Shown here piece after piece: positions 1 to 11,900 of a stretch of DNA of 64,000 nucleotides. The position numbers and the translations under genes are program-made. This DNA is from a virus. Each line of letters starts with the position of its first letter. Position 1 is the first letter of the stretch. The notes below the pieces were generated by a model. The model did no database searches and was not told the origin of the DNA. It saw only the letters and a list, made by a program, of their open reading frames with translations. The DNA lies in the IMG/VR virus record IMGVR_UViG_3300025120_000019, one strand, 5' to 3'.

Positions 1-602
1 GTGGGTTAACCACAATGAATCATCTATACACAGATTATAAAAAATTACATAAGAAAAATTATAATTGTAATGATGATACTAAAATTATAACAATAATACG
101 TAATCCATTAGAAAGGGCAATATCTATTTTCAATTATAATATGTATAGGTTACCTTACACAGTTGACGGAATAGATAGACTAAACGAAAGAGAATCCGAA
201 CCAAGATATTATGAATTATTTAAAACTATAAGAAAAAAATATCCAGACCCACCAACCTCTTGGTATAATGATTCTATTGATGAAACAAAATTTTTATTTT
301 GGTTAAATGAAATATTACCAATTAGTATTGAAAATGATGGACATTCGATGAGACAAAATACATCATGGCAGTATCCAAATCAATTGCAGACAAGATCAAA
401 ATATTGGACTTTGGAAAATTTAAATAAACATTTGCTAAAAGTTTTTGGATACACATCTAATAAACAATATCAAAACTTTGGCAAATATAATAAAGAAAAA
501 ATGACAACCTTATTATCTTTACCAAATGTAAAAAAGAAATTAATTGAATATTACTACACCGATAATATAATTTATAACACCGCTAAACAAAAATATAAAT
601 AG
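1..602 (+). CDS. Sulfotransferase family protein (5'-truncated by window edge)
   Basis: IIRNPLERAISIFNY resembles the 3'-phosphate-binding motif (RxPxxRxxS). The frame is open back to position 3 (GLTT-M), resembling the end of the 5'-PSB loop, so the true start is probably upstream. Confidence 0.65.
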   Translation, partial: GLTTMNHLYTDYKKLHKKNYNCNDDTKIITIIRNPLERAISIFNYNMYRLPYTVDGIDRLNERESEPRYYELFKTIRKKYPDPPTSWYNDSIDETKFLFWLNEILPISIENDGHSMRQNTSWQYPNQLQTRSKYWTLENLNKHLLKVFGYTSNKQYQNFGKYNKEKMTTLLSLPNVKKKLIEYYYTDNIIYNTAKQKYK

Positions 603-618
603 GTTGTAGGAGAAACAC

Positions 619-810
619 ATGACACAAACTGGCCAAGTTTATAAATTTGTTGGAACCAAAGGAGTTATTAGACCCGATTCCTTTGGCCAATATAGAAGAG
701 ATGTATTATTTGACAAAAGAGAAAACGATTTAATTATTGGAGACAGGGTTGTATACGAGCATATGGAAAAAAATAGTAGAAGATATGCATTTAATTTAAA
801 AAAAGTTTAA
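619..810 (+). CDS. Cold-shock-domain-like (OB-fold) small protein
   Basis: 63 aa; TGQVYKF..KGVIRPD..DVLF..LIIGDRVVYE..AFNLKKV follows the CspA pattern; SD AGGAGA upstream. Confidence 0.6.
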   Translation: MTQTGQVYKFVGTKGVIRPDSFGQYRRDVLFDKRENDLIIGDRVVYEHMEKNSRRYAFNLKKV

Positions 811-817
811 AAAAAGG

Positions 818-845
818 TTGACTTTTATTTTGTATGTGCTATATT
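818..845 (+). promoter_or_regulatory. Sigma70-type promoter for candidate ncRNA
   Basis: TTGACT-N16-TATATT with extended -10 TG, preceded by an A-tract. Confidence 0.6.
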
Positions 846-851
846 AAGTAT

Positions 852-1057
852 ATAACAAAGACGACGGTCCTAGTTAGATAGTGCAAGGAAGAGAGATAGC
901 AGGTCTCAAACTTGGCTAGTAGTTGTAGTGACAGCGTATGAGCGTAGAGATACGAAGATGCGACTTTAAACGTAACTGTTTAATACTAGGCTCTTGGTGA
1001 TTTAGCAGAACAGACTGCAAAGCCGGGTTGTTGGTATTCTGAAGTCCAACCTATCAA
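852..1057 (+). ncRNA. Candidate structured non-coding RNA (~200 nt), family unknown
   Basis: No ORF in the track; more GC-rich than flanks; many complementary segments incl. CGTA-GAGA-TACG GNRA hairpin; bounded by promoter and terminator. Confidence 0.6.
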
Positions 1058-1065
1058 CATTATAG

Positions 1066-1098
1066 AAAGGTCTATCATTTATTTGGTAGGCCTTTTTT
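1066..1098 (+). terminator. Rho-independent terminator
   Basis: AAAGGTCTATCA / TGGTAGGCCTTT 12-bp stem (with GU pairs) followed by T-run. Confidence 0.75.
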
Positions 1099-1126
1099 AT
1101 ACATTATAACCCATTTTTATTTTTTT

Positions 1127-1134
1127 CATAAATA
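1127..1134 (+). promoter_or_regulatory. T4-like late promoter (CATAAATA)
   Basis: TAAATA core upstream of the virion gene operon; recurs before many structural genes. Confidence 0.6.
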
Positions 1135-1215
1135 CTATTGTCAATAGGTGAGCCTCATTAGAGGACTTATGCTAGACCCATAGCGTAGACTTAGAACGTC
1201 ATAAAGGAGAAAATC

Positions 1216-1581
1216 ATGGGACGACCAGTCAATAAAAGAAACTTTGGTGCAACAGGCGTTGACGCCACACCAACAATACCAATTAGATTTCACGATGGAT
1301 CATCATTAATAGAAGGAAAGATTCTATCACAACGAGGCACAAACAAATTTAACTGCTCAAACGATGCAGGAAGTGTTACAAGAGTTTGCACACTTACTAG
1401 TGATGGTAGTGCTCCAAATGCTGATAAAGAAGCTTTGCTTGTTGGAATAGCCGCAGGCGGAGAAGCTATTAATATTAGAAAAATGTTTAATAGAACTTGT
1501 TTAGACTATAGTAATAATCGATATACTTGGACAGCAGAAGACGACTCAACAGAATCATTGCTACGGTTAACTGCTATTTAA
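1216..1581 (+). CDS. Hypothetical phage protein, probably virion-associated
   Basis: SD AAGGAGA; first gene after late promoter. Confidence 0.6.
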   Translation: MGRPVNKRNFGATGVDATPTIPIRFHDGSSLIEGKILSQRGTNKFNCSNDAGSVTRVCTLTSDGSAPNADKEALLVGIAAGGEAINIRKMFNRTCLDYSNNRYTWTAEDDSTESLLRLTAI

Positions 1582-1593
1582 GGAGTTAAATAA

Positions 1594-2613
1594 ATGGCTG
1601 AACGTATCAATAATGTAGGTGCAAGTTCTTACAAGATAAAAGTTAACAGCGGCGGCGACATTACACTTGATGTTGGCAACGGTGGTAAAGTTACTGTAAG
1701 CGGTGATCTTGATATACAAGGTCAAAGCACAAGCATTGGCTCTAGTGAGCTGATTGTTGAAGATAACACAATTACTTTAAACAACGGTGAAACCGGTGCA
1801 GGAATTACTCTTGGCACTGCTGGAATCATAATTGATCGTGGCGTAAGACCAGATGCAAATTTAATATTTGATGAAAGCTTGCAAACGATACAAGGCGGAA
1901 GTGCCTATACAGGTAGTTGGGCATTAAAAGATCAAAACAATGTAATTCAAGGATTGTATGCTTCGAGTATCAAACCTGATCCAAGTAATGCAAATAACTT
2001 AACATTATTAGGTGCAGGAACAAGTATAGTTACAGTTAGTGGAACTACAGATTATGAAAAAAATGTGTATCCGTATACAGCTTCAGCTATAACACCAAAT
2101 CCAAGTCGACCAAATAAATTATCTTTAGCTACTGACGATGATGCATTAGTAAATGTAAAATTGATGGAAGACTATATTTTAGGTTTTTATACTTATAATT
2201 TCCAAAATAGAATTGATAGAGGTGAAGCATCAAAAACATCTGTGCAAACTTATGATTTTGAAGAGGATGCAACAACAAGTAGAATAGAATTTGGTGTCGA
2301 CGGAACTAATATAGCAACTATGTTTGAAAATCGTTTTGATATAGGTAACTTAACTCTTTCCGGCGGCTCGCTTACATCTCAAAATACAAACGGTGATGTT
2401 GAATTAAAAGGCAATGGTACTGGAGTTGTAAAAATAACTACTCCAACTACAATAATACAACAAAGTGATCCTTCTGCTCCTGCTGATGGAATATCTTTGT
2501 ATAGTAAACCTCTTGCTGATGGTGGAACTGGTTTATTCTTTGTAAATCAGGATTCTACGCAAGACGAAATTGCAAGCAGAAATAAAGCATTACTTTTTAG
2601 TATAATTTTTTAA
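1594..2613 (+). CDS. Putative virion structural/fibre-associated protein
   Basis: G/T/S-rich beta repeats (VSGDLDIQG, VEDNTITLNNG..AGIIIDRG) like those in the fibre proteins; SD AAGGAG. Confidence 0.6.
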   Translation: MAERINNVGASSYKIKVNSGGDITLDVGNGGKVTVSGDLDIQGQSTSIGSSELIVEDNTITLNNGETGAGITLGTAGIIIDRGVRPDANLIFDESLQTIQGGSAYTGSWALKDQNNVIQGLYASSIKPDPSNANNLTLLGAGTSIVTVSGTTDYEKNVYPYTASAITPNPSRPNKLSLATDDDALVNVKLMEDYILGFYTYNFQNRIDRGEASKTSVQTYDFEEDATTSRIEFGVDGTNIATMFENRFDIGNLTLSGGSLTSQNTNGDVELKGNGTGVVKITTPTTIIQQSDPSAPADGISLYSKPLADGGTGLFFVNQDSTQDEIASRNKALLFSIIF

Positions 2614-2624
2614 AGGACGAAAAC

Positions 2625-2957
2625 ATGGCAATAGTAAATTCATTAATATCAACTACAGATACAACATTAATTACTGTTCCTGCTGGTAAAAAATATGCTA
2701 TGACTACAATCTTAGTTTGTAATAATGCAACCGACGATGGCACCACAGCAAATGATACAAAATTTGATATGCACGTTATTAAAAGCGGTCAGAGCAGAAA
2801 TAGTACAAATATTGTTCTTAATGATATACCGGTCACAGCATCAGATACTTTTACATTTAATGTAGAAAGAATAATTTTAGAAGCAGACGACAGGATTACA
2901 TTCGTAGGAGCAAACCCAACAAATTTAAGTGTTACAATAAGCTATTTGGAAGTATAA
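2625..2957 (+). CDS. Small beta-rich putative virion protein
   Basis: 110 aa, beta-sandwich-like pattern ending SYLEV; in structural operon. Confidence 0.55.
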   Translation: MAIVNSLISTTDTTLITVPAGKKYAMTTILVCNNATDDGTTANDTKFDMHVIKSGQSRNSTNIVLNDIPVTASDTFTFNVERIILEADDRITFVGANPTNLSVTISYLEV

Positions 2958-2960
2958 GGA

Positions 2961-5900
2961 ATGGAATTTTTTAAGAGGCAGAGTTTACATAAAAGAACAG
3001 TAGGTGATACTAGTGTTACTTTAACTGCTGACGGTGAAGTATTAATTGCACCCGAAGGAGCAAAAACAAGAGTTACTGGTGACTTAATAGTTTCTGGTAA
3101 TGCAACAGGCCCAGCAACAACAGACATCTTATATGTTACTCAAGATGGTAGCGATACCAACGACGGTAAAAGCATGGGAAAAGATGGTGCTAAAGCAACA
3201 ATTAAAAGTGCCGCCGCTTCGGCTTTACCAGGCACTACTATTATTGTAGGACCGGGTGATTATTATGAATCAAATCCGATTACATTAGCAGACTTTGTTA
3301 CAATCAGAGGTGCAGGAGATTTAAGAAACACAAGAATTTTTCCAAGGAATAATACACAAACAATATTCTTTATGGGCAATGGGTGTTACTTACACGAACT
3401 TACATTTAGGGCTTTGAGATATCCAGGTTGGTGTGTTGAAATACGCCCAGGTGCTAGAGTAACTACATCACCTTATGTACAAAATTGCACTAACATGAAT
3501 GGACCTTGGTTAAATGATGGTACAGAATTTATTCCTTTTGAAACTGTACAAATTGCTGGAATAACGCCAGGTGCCAAACCATTAATGCTTGAAGATTACC
3601 CAGCTCTGTCAACTGACAAGCAAATTAACGATACCGGCGGCGGTGGAGGATTATACGTTGATGGTAATAGTTACGATCCAACATCATTAGTATTCAGCTT
3701 TGTTGCTGATGCATTTACACAAATTTCTCAAGGTGGTATTGGGTTTTGGATTGACAACTTTGGATATACACAGATTGTTAGTTGTTTCTCTGTATTTTGT
3801 TCTGTTGGATTTAAAGCTACAAATGGTGGCTACTTATCAATTTCAAACTCGGTTTCTGACTTTGGACTTAAAGGTATTGAGTCTGACGGATTTTTTCCAC
3901 AAGCATATACCACAGCTCGGGCTGAACAAAACTATTTTAGTACTGTTGCAAGTGTAACAATACAAACTGCTGGAGCAGGATATACCAGTGCACCAACAGT
4001 AGTAATCGAAGCACCTACTTTAGGAGGCGGAACACAAGCCACAGCAACTACTTCAATTGATGCTACTACTGGTAAACTTAGTGCTATTACAGTTCAAGAT
4101 GCTGGTAGTGGATATACAACTACACCATTAATTACTATAAGCGGTGGAGGAGCATCAGCACAAGCTACTGCCGTTGTAAATTTAGCAAAAAATATTACAA
4201 TAAGATTAAACAGTTTACGTGATAAACCGCAAACAGGTAGTATTGTTAAATTTGAAGCAGATCCAACTTATTACTACATTACTGGTAACACACAAATAAA
4301 TGCACCATTTATATATGATGAAACTGTATGTAGACGAGACCTTAAAAGAATAATTGATGCTGTCACTTCTGATATTGTACTAGGAACATCTTTTCAATCA
4401 CAAGCCGCAGGAACGAGTTATCTACGTAGTACATCTACTAAAGTGTTAAACGATCAAAAAGCACCAACAATATATGGCATTGAGCAAGCACGTGACGGTA
4501 TGAAAGCACAGACTACAAATCTTGCAATGGAAGAAAATATTGATTATTTGTTTAACATTATTACTAGCACTATTAGTGAAGGTGATAGTAGTATACAACC
4601 TGATAATAGTAACGATGTAGCGGCTACATTTAATGATTTACAAACTATTGACCCTGCTAAAATTGAAGCAAAAAATAATATTTTAGAAAATAGAGAATTT
4701 TTAGTTGAAGAACTTTCTGCATATATTAATGATCAATTTACTGAATTAAGCTATAACCAAGCTACATATACTGAAAATATGACTACACTTATAGACGGTA
4801 TAGAAATGTTTGCAACATTAGAAAGTAATCAGCAAATTGTTAGAGCGGCTGAAGAATTTGAGCTTAGAACAAGATTTAAACCAATGTTGTTGTCAAGTTT
4901 TAGATATTTGAGCGACAAGTTTGAAGCACTAGCAGATGTTCAAGCAAGTAGTATTGCACTTACAAATGTTAAAGAAGGCTTTAATCAATTTATGAATATT
5001 ATTGATGATGGTGATAGTTCAGCTATTGTGATAGTATTTCCAGAACACGCTGGTGTTGATAATAATAGGGCTGATGCAAAAGATCAAATTATTGCAAATA
5101 AAAACTTTTTGATAGCTGAATTTAAAACATTCTTATCAGCTGAAGTATCAGGGTTCGTATATGATGATGCAATATATACCACAGACTTAACAAACATTCT
5201 TGATGCTTGTATATTTGATGTTCTTTATGGCGGAAATAGTAGTACAGTACAAGAAGCAAAATATTACTTTGCTAACGGAGCAGGCGGGGTGGCTTTTTCT
5301 GCACTTGCTCCTGTAAACAAAGCGGCATTAGTTAATGCTTTTGCAAGATTAAGATTTGTAATACAAAGAGTTGTTAGAGGTTTAGCAGTAACACCAACTT
5401 CTGGAAACGGTGTAGCTCAAAACTTTGCAAGCAACAATGCCACACAAAGTGAAGCAGATTTTATAGATACTTTGATATTTAATATACAAGATATGATTGA
5501 TAATTTAACATTATCAAGATTACCAGCTACATTAACAAAACCTCTTTACACTGATGAACCTACATTACAAATAACAGCAGGGCAAAAAATTCTTCTAAAC
5601 AGAAATAACTTTATTACTGATGCAATAGCTTATAACTTAGCAAATAATCCTACTTTAACATACGATCAAGACAAATGTAGAAGAGACGTTGGGTACATTG
5701 TTGATGCTGTAAATAGAGATATCCTTTTAGGAACTAATACAAATAGTATTCAAGCAGGTCAAGCATATAAGAGAGCAAACACTGCATACCTAAATGTTGA
5801 GCAGAAGCCAGCAACAATATTAGGATTAAGAAAAGCAAAGGCATTAGGTGAAGCCGCAGTAATATCAAGCACTACAATCAAAGACGCTGTTACTGCAAGG

Positions 5901-8900
5901 TGGGAAGATGTTTTAAATATAATTGAAAATGATGAATTACCGTCAGAAGGTTTGTCATACCCTGATCCGGGGCCTGCTACAAACGAATTAATTTATGGTG
6001 TTGATCAGGTAATTGCAAACAAAGCATTTTTACAAGAAGAACTTGTTGCATATATTAATGCAAATAATTATGTATACGACAAAGATAAGTGTAAAAGAGA
6101 TACAGGACTAATAATAGATGCCGCCGCATATGATACATTGCTTGGCACTAATTATAATCAAAGAGTTGCAGGATTATCATATCAAAGAGCAAATAGTGCA
6201 TACTTGCAAAGCAATCAAAAAACACAAACTATTGCAGGAATAAACTTTGCAAAAAGTAAATCATCTGATGCAACAACTCATTCACCATCACAATCAACTG
6301 TGGAAGCGGCATTTGACGAAGTAATAGATATTATTAACAATGGAGCAACATCAACAGAACAAGCGGCAGATCCGTTAACATTTACAGATCCAAGTACAGC
6401 TACAACTGGTCAAAAAAATGCAAGACTACAATTACAAGCTAACAGAAATTTTATTGGAAAAGAAGCTGTAGCATATGTAAATAGTAACTATGTAAATTAT
6501 ACATATGATGTTACAAAATGTCAACGAGACACAGGCTTAATTATAGATGCTGTAGCAAGAGATGTTGCATTAGGCACCAACTACAGCTCAGTGACAGCCG
6601 GACTTGCATATTCAAGAGCAAGTGCATTAACTAATAAACAAGCACAAGGAATACAAACTCTTAATGCATTTCAATTTGTTAGAAAAGAAACATTAGAAAA
6701 AGGTTTAAGCGATGTTGGAGAAGCAAGGGCTTTAGCAGGTTACAACGAAGTCATAGATGTTTTCCAAAATGGAGTGCTTAGTACAGATGTTTCTGCAGAT
6801 GCTATAACATTTACAAATCCAACAGGAGCAAGTCAAGATTTAATTGATGCTAAAAATCAATTACAAGCAAACAGAGAATTTATTGCACAAGAAACATTAG
6901 CTTATGTAAATGCAAATAATCCAAAATATGATGTATCAACAGCAACTTACAATCAAACTACTGGAGATATGGTTCTTACAATAGGATCACATAGTTATAC
7001 AACAGCTGATTATATAAGATTAGGAAAAGAATCGTTAGCTTTTAGTTGTACATATGGACAAGGCAATCACACTTATGTTGGTGGTACAGCAAGCAACGCA
7101 GTTCAGTCAGGTGGTAACTATCTACATACATTCGTATCTGCTGTAACCAACGGAGTTACATCAAATGCAGGTAATTTACCAAACGCAGTTACAGGTGCAA
7201 CATATAATGCATCAACTGGTGAGATGATTATTACCTCTGCTTCACATCTGTTAACAACGTCAAACACACTTGCTATAGCCGATGATGCACTCTCTTTTAC
7301 CTGCACAATGGACGGCAACACAACAACTAAAACGTATCCAAGATCAACAGATCCTGCGTCTGGAGCAACTCTTGCTATTAGTGCAGTAACTACTAATACT
7401 ATTACTATAAATGTAGGCGCATCACCAATTGTAAATCATGATGTTACTAATGCAACATACAACTATGCTACTGGCATAATAGAAATGACTATTGGCAGTC
7501 ACTCACTGGCTGTAGGAACAAGTATTAAGATTGCTAATGATGCATTAACATTTACTTGTGATGCTGATGGTAATGCAACAAATCATACATATCCAAGATC
7601 AACTGATCCAGCAAGAGATACTGCATTGTCTATTACAGCCAAAACTGGAACTACAATATCAGTAAACGTAGGTATTATTTCAAGTTCAACAAGTTCAACT
7701 AAAAAATATCCACGTAACAATGCAGATCCTGCTTATAGTGCTAATTTAAGAATTACTGCGGTAGCTAGTAATACTGTTACAGTTAATGTTGGACCAAACA
7801 CAACTAATCCTACTGTACACACATTTGAATCTGCAACACCAGGTGCAGTTACAACTGGATATAATCAAGATAAGTGTTTAAGAGATGCAAGATATTTGGT
7901 TGATTCTTTATCACATGATATTCTATATGGAGGCAATACTGCAATTAGAACAGTTGCAAATAGTTACTTTGATGATGGCACTCCGCAACTTCCAAATTCA
8001 CAGCAAAAAACAGCTATTGTAAATGCATTCCAACATATTGCAACTAATATAATTGGTGATGTTGTACAAAATATAACAGTTGCACCAACAAGAACAAAAT
8101 TTACACCTGGAGCAGGTACAACGTATGATCCTACAACAGGCGTATTAAAATTAGCAGTCGGTTCACATAACTTACAACTAAGTGATTTGATTAAAATTGA
8201 ACCAAATGGGGTTACATTTAGTTGTACATATGGAGCAGGTGCTCATACTTATGTAGGCGGCACAGTATCAAATGCAATTACTATAACTGCAGGAAGTGTT
8301 CAAAAAGACGTTACAAATGCAACATATGACTATGCAACAGGTGTTATGGAATTAACTATAGGCTCACATAGCTTTACAACTAGTGATACTGTGACAATAG
8401 CTACAAATTCATTAACATTTACTTGTGATGCAGATGGAAACGCAACTAACCATACGTATCCAAGAGTAGGAGACCCTGCTCATAACACTGCTATAGCAAT
8501 ATCAGCAGTAACTGGTACTACTATTACTGTAAATGTCGGTGCTGTTGGATCATCTAGTTCAAATAAGTCTTATCCAAGAGCAACTGATCCAGCAATACAG
8601 CGATCATTTACACCTGCCACAGGAACTACATATAATCCAGCAACAGGAGAACTTGTTTTAGAAATTGGCTCGCATAGCTTAACAACAAATATGCAAGTTG
8701 TGATTGCACCTAATAGTATGGTGTTTACTTGTACTACAGATGAAACAAAACCTAAGCTTTATCCTAGACGAACTGACCCTGCATTTCAAAAAGGTTTAGA
8801 TATAACAGCCGTTACAGCAACAACAATTACAATGAATGTAGGAGTATCATCAGATACTAATCCACATACATTTATTTCTGCAAAAACAAATTCTGTAACA

Positions 8901-11900
8901 ACAGGTTTACTTCCAATTACTGCTTTAGATGCAACATCAATTACAGTTGATGTTGGAATTTCACTTACTGCGTTGCAAGCTCATACTTGGATAAGCTCAA
9001 TAGCAGATAGTGTATCAGTTGGAAACTTTACTGTGCAAGATACATCTAATGGCCCGGCTAGTAGTTCAGAAGTGTCTGCATTAGAAGGCGATATAACAAT
9101 AGTTACAAATGCTATAACTGCAAATAATAACTCAGGCGTACCAGCAGAAGTTACACCAAGTGTTACATGGGCATCACAATCTATCCAAGCAGATTATAAC
9201 ACTATTGTAGCAAATAAATCTGCATTACAAACAGCAACTACAGATTTTATAACTGAAAAATATCAAGGATATAATTTCAACGCAACAAAGTGTGAAAGAG
9301 ATACAAAATATATAATTGATGCTCTTTCATATGACTTATTGTACGGTGGTAATAGTGCTACTATAGATGTAGCTAAAAGTTATTGGGTAGGAACACAAAC
9401 ACAAGTAGCTGATCAAAAAGAAGAAACAGCAGTCACCATAGACTATGTTGGAAAAATATGTGACGAAATAATTAGAGATAAAGATGTTGATTATAAATGG
9501 CAAGGTGTAGTAAATCAAGATAAAACTAATGGTGCTGGTACAATTATAGAAGTAGGTAGGGTACAAACACTAGTACAAATTATGGAAGATGTAATTGAAA
9601 ACGGACTTGATAATCTTCCATCTACTACATATCCAGATTACCCACAATGGGTAGATACAGATGTTGTACAAGGTATCTCAAACTTGTTTAGTCAAAAAGA
9701 AACAATTAAAACTGAAACTGTAGATTATATTGATGCAACATATAATGGTTACTCATATGATCAAGCTAAGTGCAAGCAAGATACTGGATTCTTAATAGAT
9801 GCAATTACACATGATTCATTTTATGAATCTAATATTCAAACACTTATTGCAACTAGAGCATACTTTTTAGGATCTGCTCAGTATCTTCCATCTTATCAAG
9901 TAGCAAACACAGTAACAGCATACACACATTTACAAAGTGTAATAGACGATTGTATACAAGGTGTAGCAGTTACTAAATCTGCAGGAAATCCACTTAATCA
10001 AACACTAAGTGGTAATTATGGTAATTCTACTGTAGCAAATACTTTTACAGGCTTGATTAATATAACAAAAACAGCAATAAACAATCAAACACTTGTTGGT
10101 ACTCCAGCAGAAATAGAACCAAACTATAGCTGGATATCACAGGCAACAAGAAACGCTTGTTTAGAATTTTTTAGTCAAAGAGCTTACTATCAAACTGAAG
10201 TTATTAACTATCTGAATACAAAAGTTATTGGCTTTACTTATAATATTGATAAGTGTAAAAGAGATACTGGATATATTATTGATGCCGCTGTGTACGACAT
10301 GGTTTATGGTGGTGATAAGCAAACACAGAGAGCCGCAACTGCATATTATAGTGGTACAGTATTACAGGTGACTAACAATGCATATACTGACCAGTGTGAA
10401 ATAACTGCATATGCTAATTACTATCTTGCAGATATTATTGCTAAAGTTTCAATAAATGATACTGTAACAAAAAGTTTTGGCAACACATTTAATCAGATAC
10501 AAACTATACCAGACGGAAGTACCTTGATAGGAACAGCAACATATCCGGGTGCAACTTGTGAATTATTGATTAATAGATTAGCAGATTCGATTTATAATAA
10601 ATCAGTAAGTGGTTGGTTTGAAAGAGAACCTGACTTAACATTAGGTAACAGCATTTATTTGACTGAACGTAATACTATACTTGCCGCTGAACAAACTATT
10701 GTAGACAATGCTATTTCAGCATTAAACTTACAATATGGTGGTAGATTTGATGTTAACTTATTTCCAGGAATAATAAGTGTAACTACTGATAAGTTAGGTA
10801 GCTTGCATAATGTAAGTACAGTAAGTACTTCAGGTCACGCATTTGAATATGTAGGTGCAGGTATAACATATAATGCACTACCGTTCTTTGGAGGTACGGC
10901 TGTTCCTTCAACAGAAATTATACAAAGTAATCAAGGTAAAGTTTTTGCAGGTGGTACTGTTGACCAAATCGGTAACTTTAGAGTTGGTGACTTCTTTGGT
11001 GTAAATGCATTAACAGGTAGCATCACACTTAATGCTAATGAAATTGATTTATCAGGATTAACTAGTGTTGGACCTTTCATTAGAAACGGTATTCCAGTTG
11101 GTGTAGAATTAAAAGAGGTTAGTGATAATGAAGCACTTGTTTCAAGTTTAGGTACACAGGATTTAAATACTGCTCCTACTCAAAGAGCTGTTTCTAATTA
11201 TGTTGAAGCTAGATATCTAAATAAATTAACTGGTGGTACAGTTCAAGGAAACGTTACACTAAACGGAAACTTTGATGTAAATGGTAGTGTTATTTCAACT
11301 ACTTCAACTGGTGCTTTTGAATTATTAAACACAAACGCAACAACAGTTAACGCATTTGGACAAGCAACGGCTATAAATTTAGGCGCCGCAAATGGACTAG
11401 TAACTATTAATCCTGATATGACAGTTCAAGGCGCATTAACTGTAAATGGTAATTTGATATTTACAGGCGATGTTGCAATTACTATACCGGACGAAGAATT
11501 ACAAGCATATAGTATTACAGAAGGAACAGAAGATTACATTAGTATTAATACTAGATCAGGTGAAGAATCAGTAACCTTTGGTCAACAACCAAGTGTAATT
11601 ATTGCTAATACAACTGATAGTACAAGTAAAGATACAGGGTCGTTAATAGTAGATGGTGGAGCCGGTATTGAAAAGAATATTAATGTAGGCGGCAGTGCAG
11701 ACATTGATGATAACTTAACACTAGGTACAGACAGAACTGTAAACGCACATACTATTAAAGGTAAAATAGATATTGATATACCAGATTCTGGTATTAACAA
11801 TTTTAGAATACACGAAAACCTAAGTGAATACTTAGACATTGTAACAACAGATGGTTCAGAATCTATAAAACTTGGTACAACACCTAAACTTGTTGTACAA

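Noticed and set aside
852-1057. tRNA, tmRNA or RNase P RNA
   Set aside because: No cloverleaf, T-loop or CCA end; no GGAAAGUC-type RNase P core recognised
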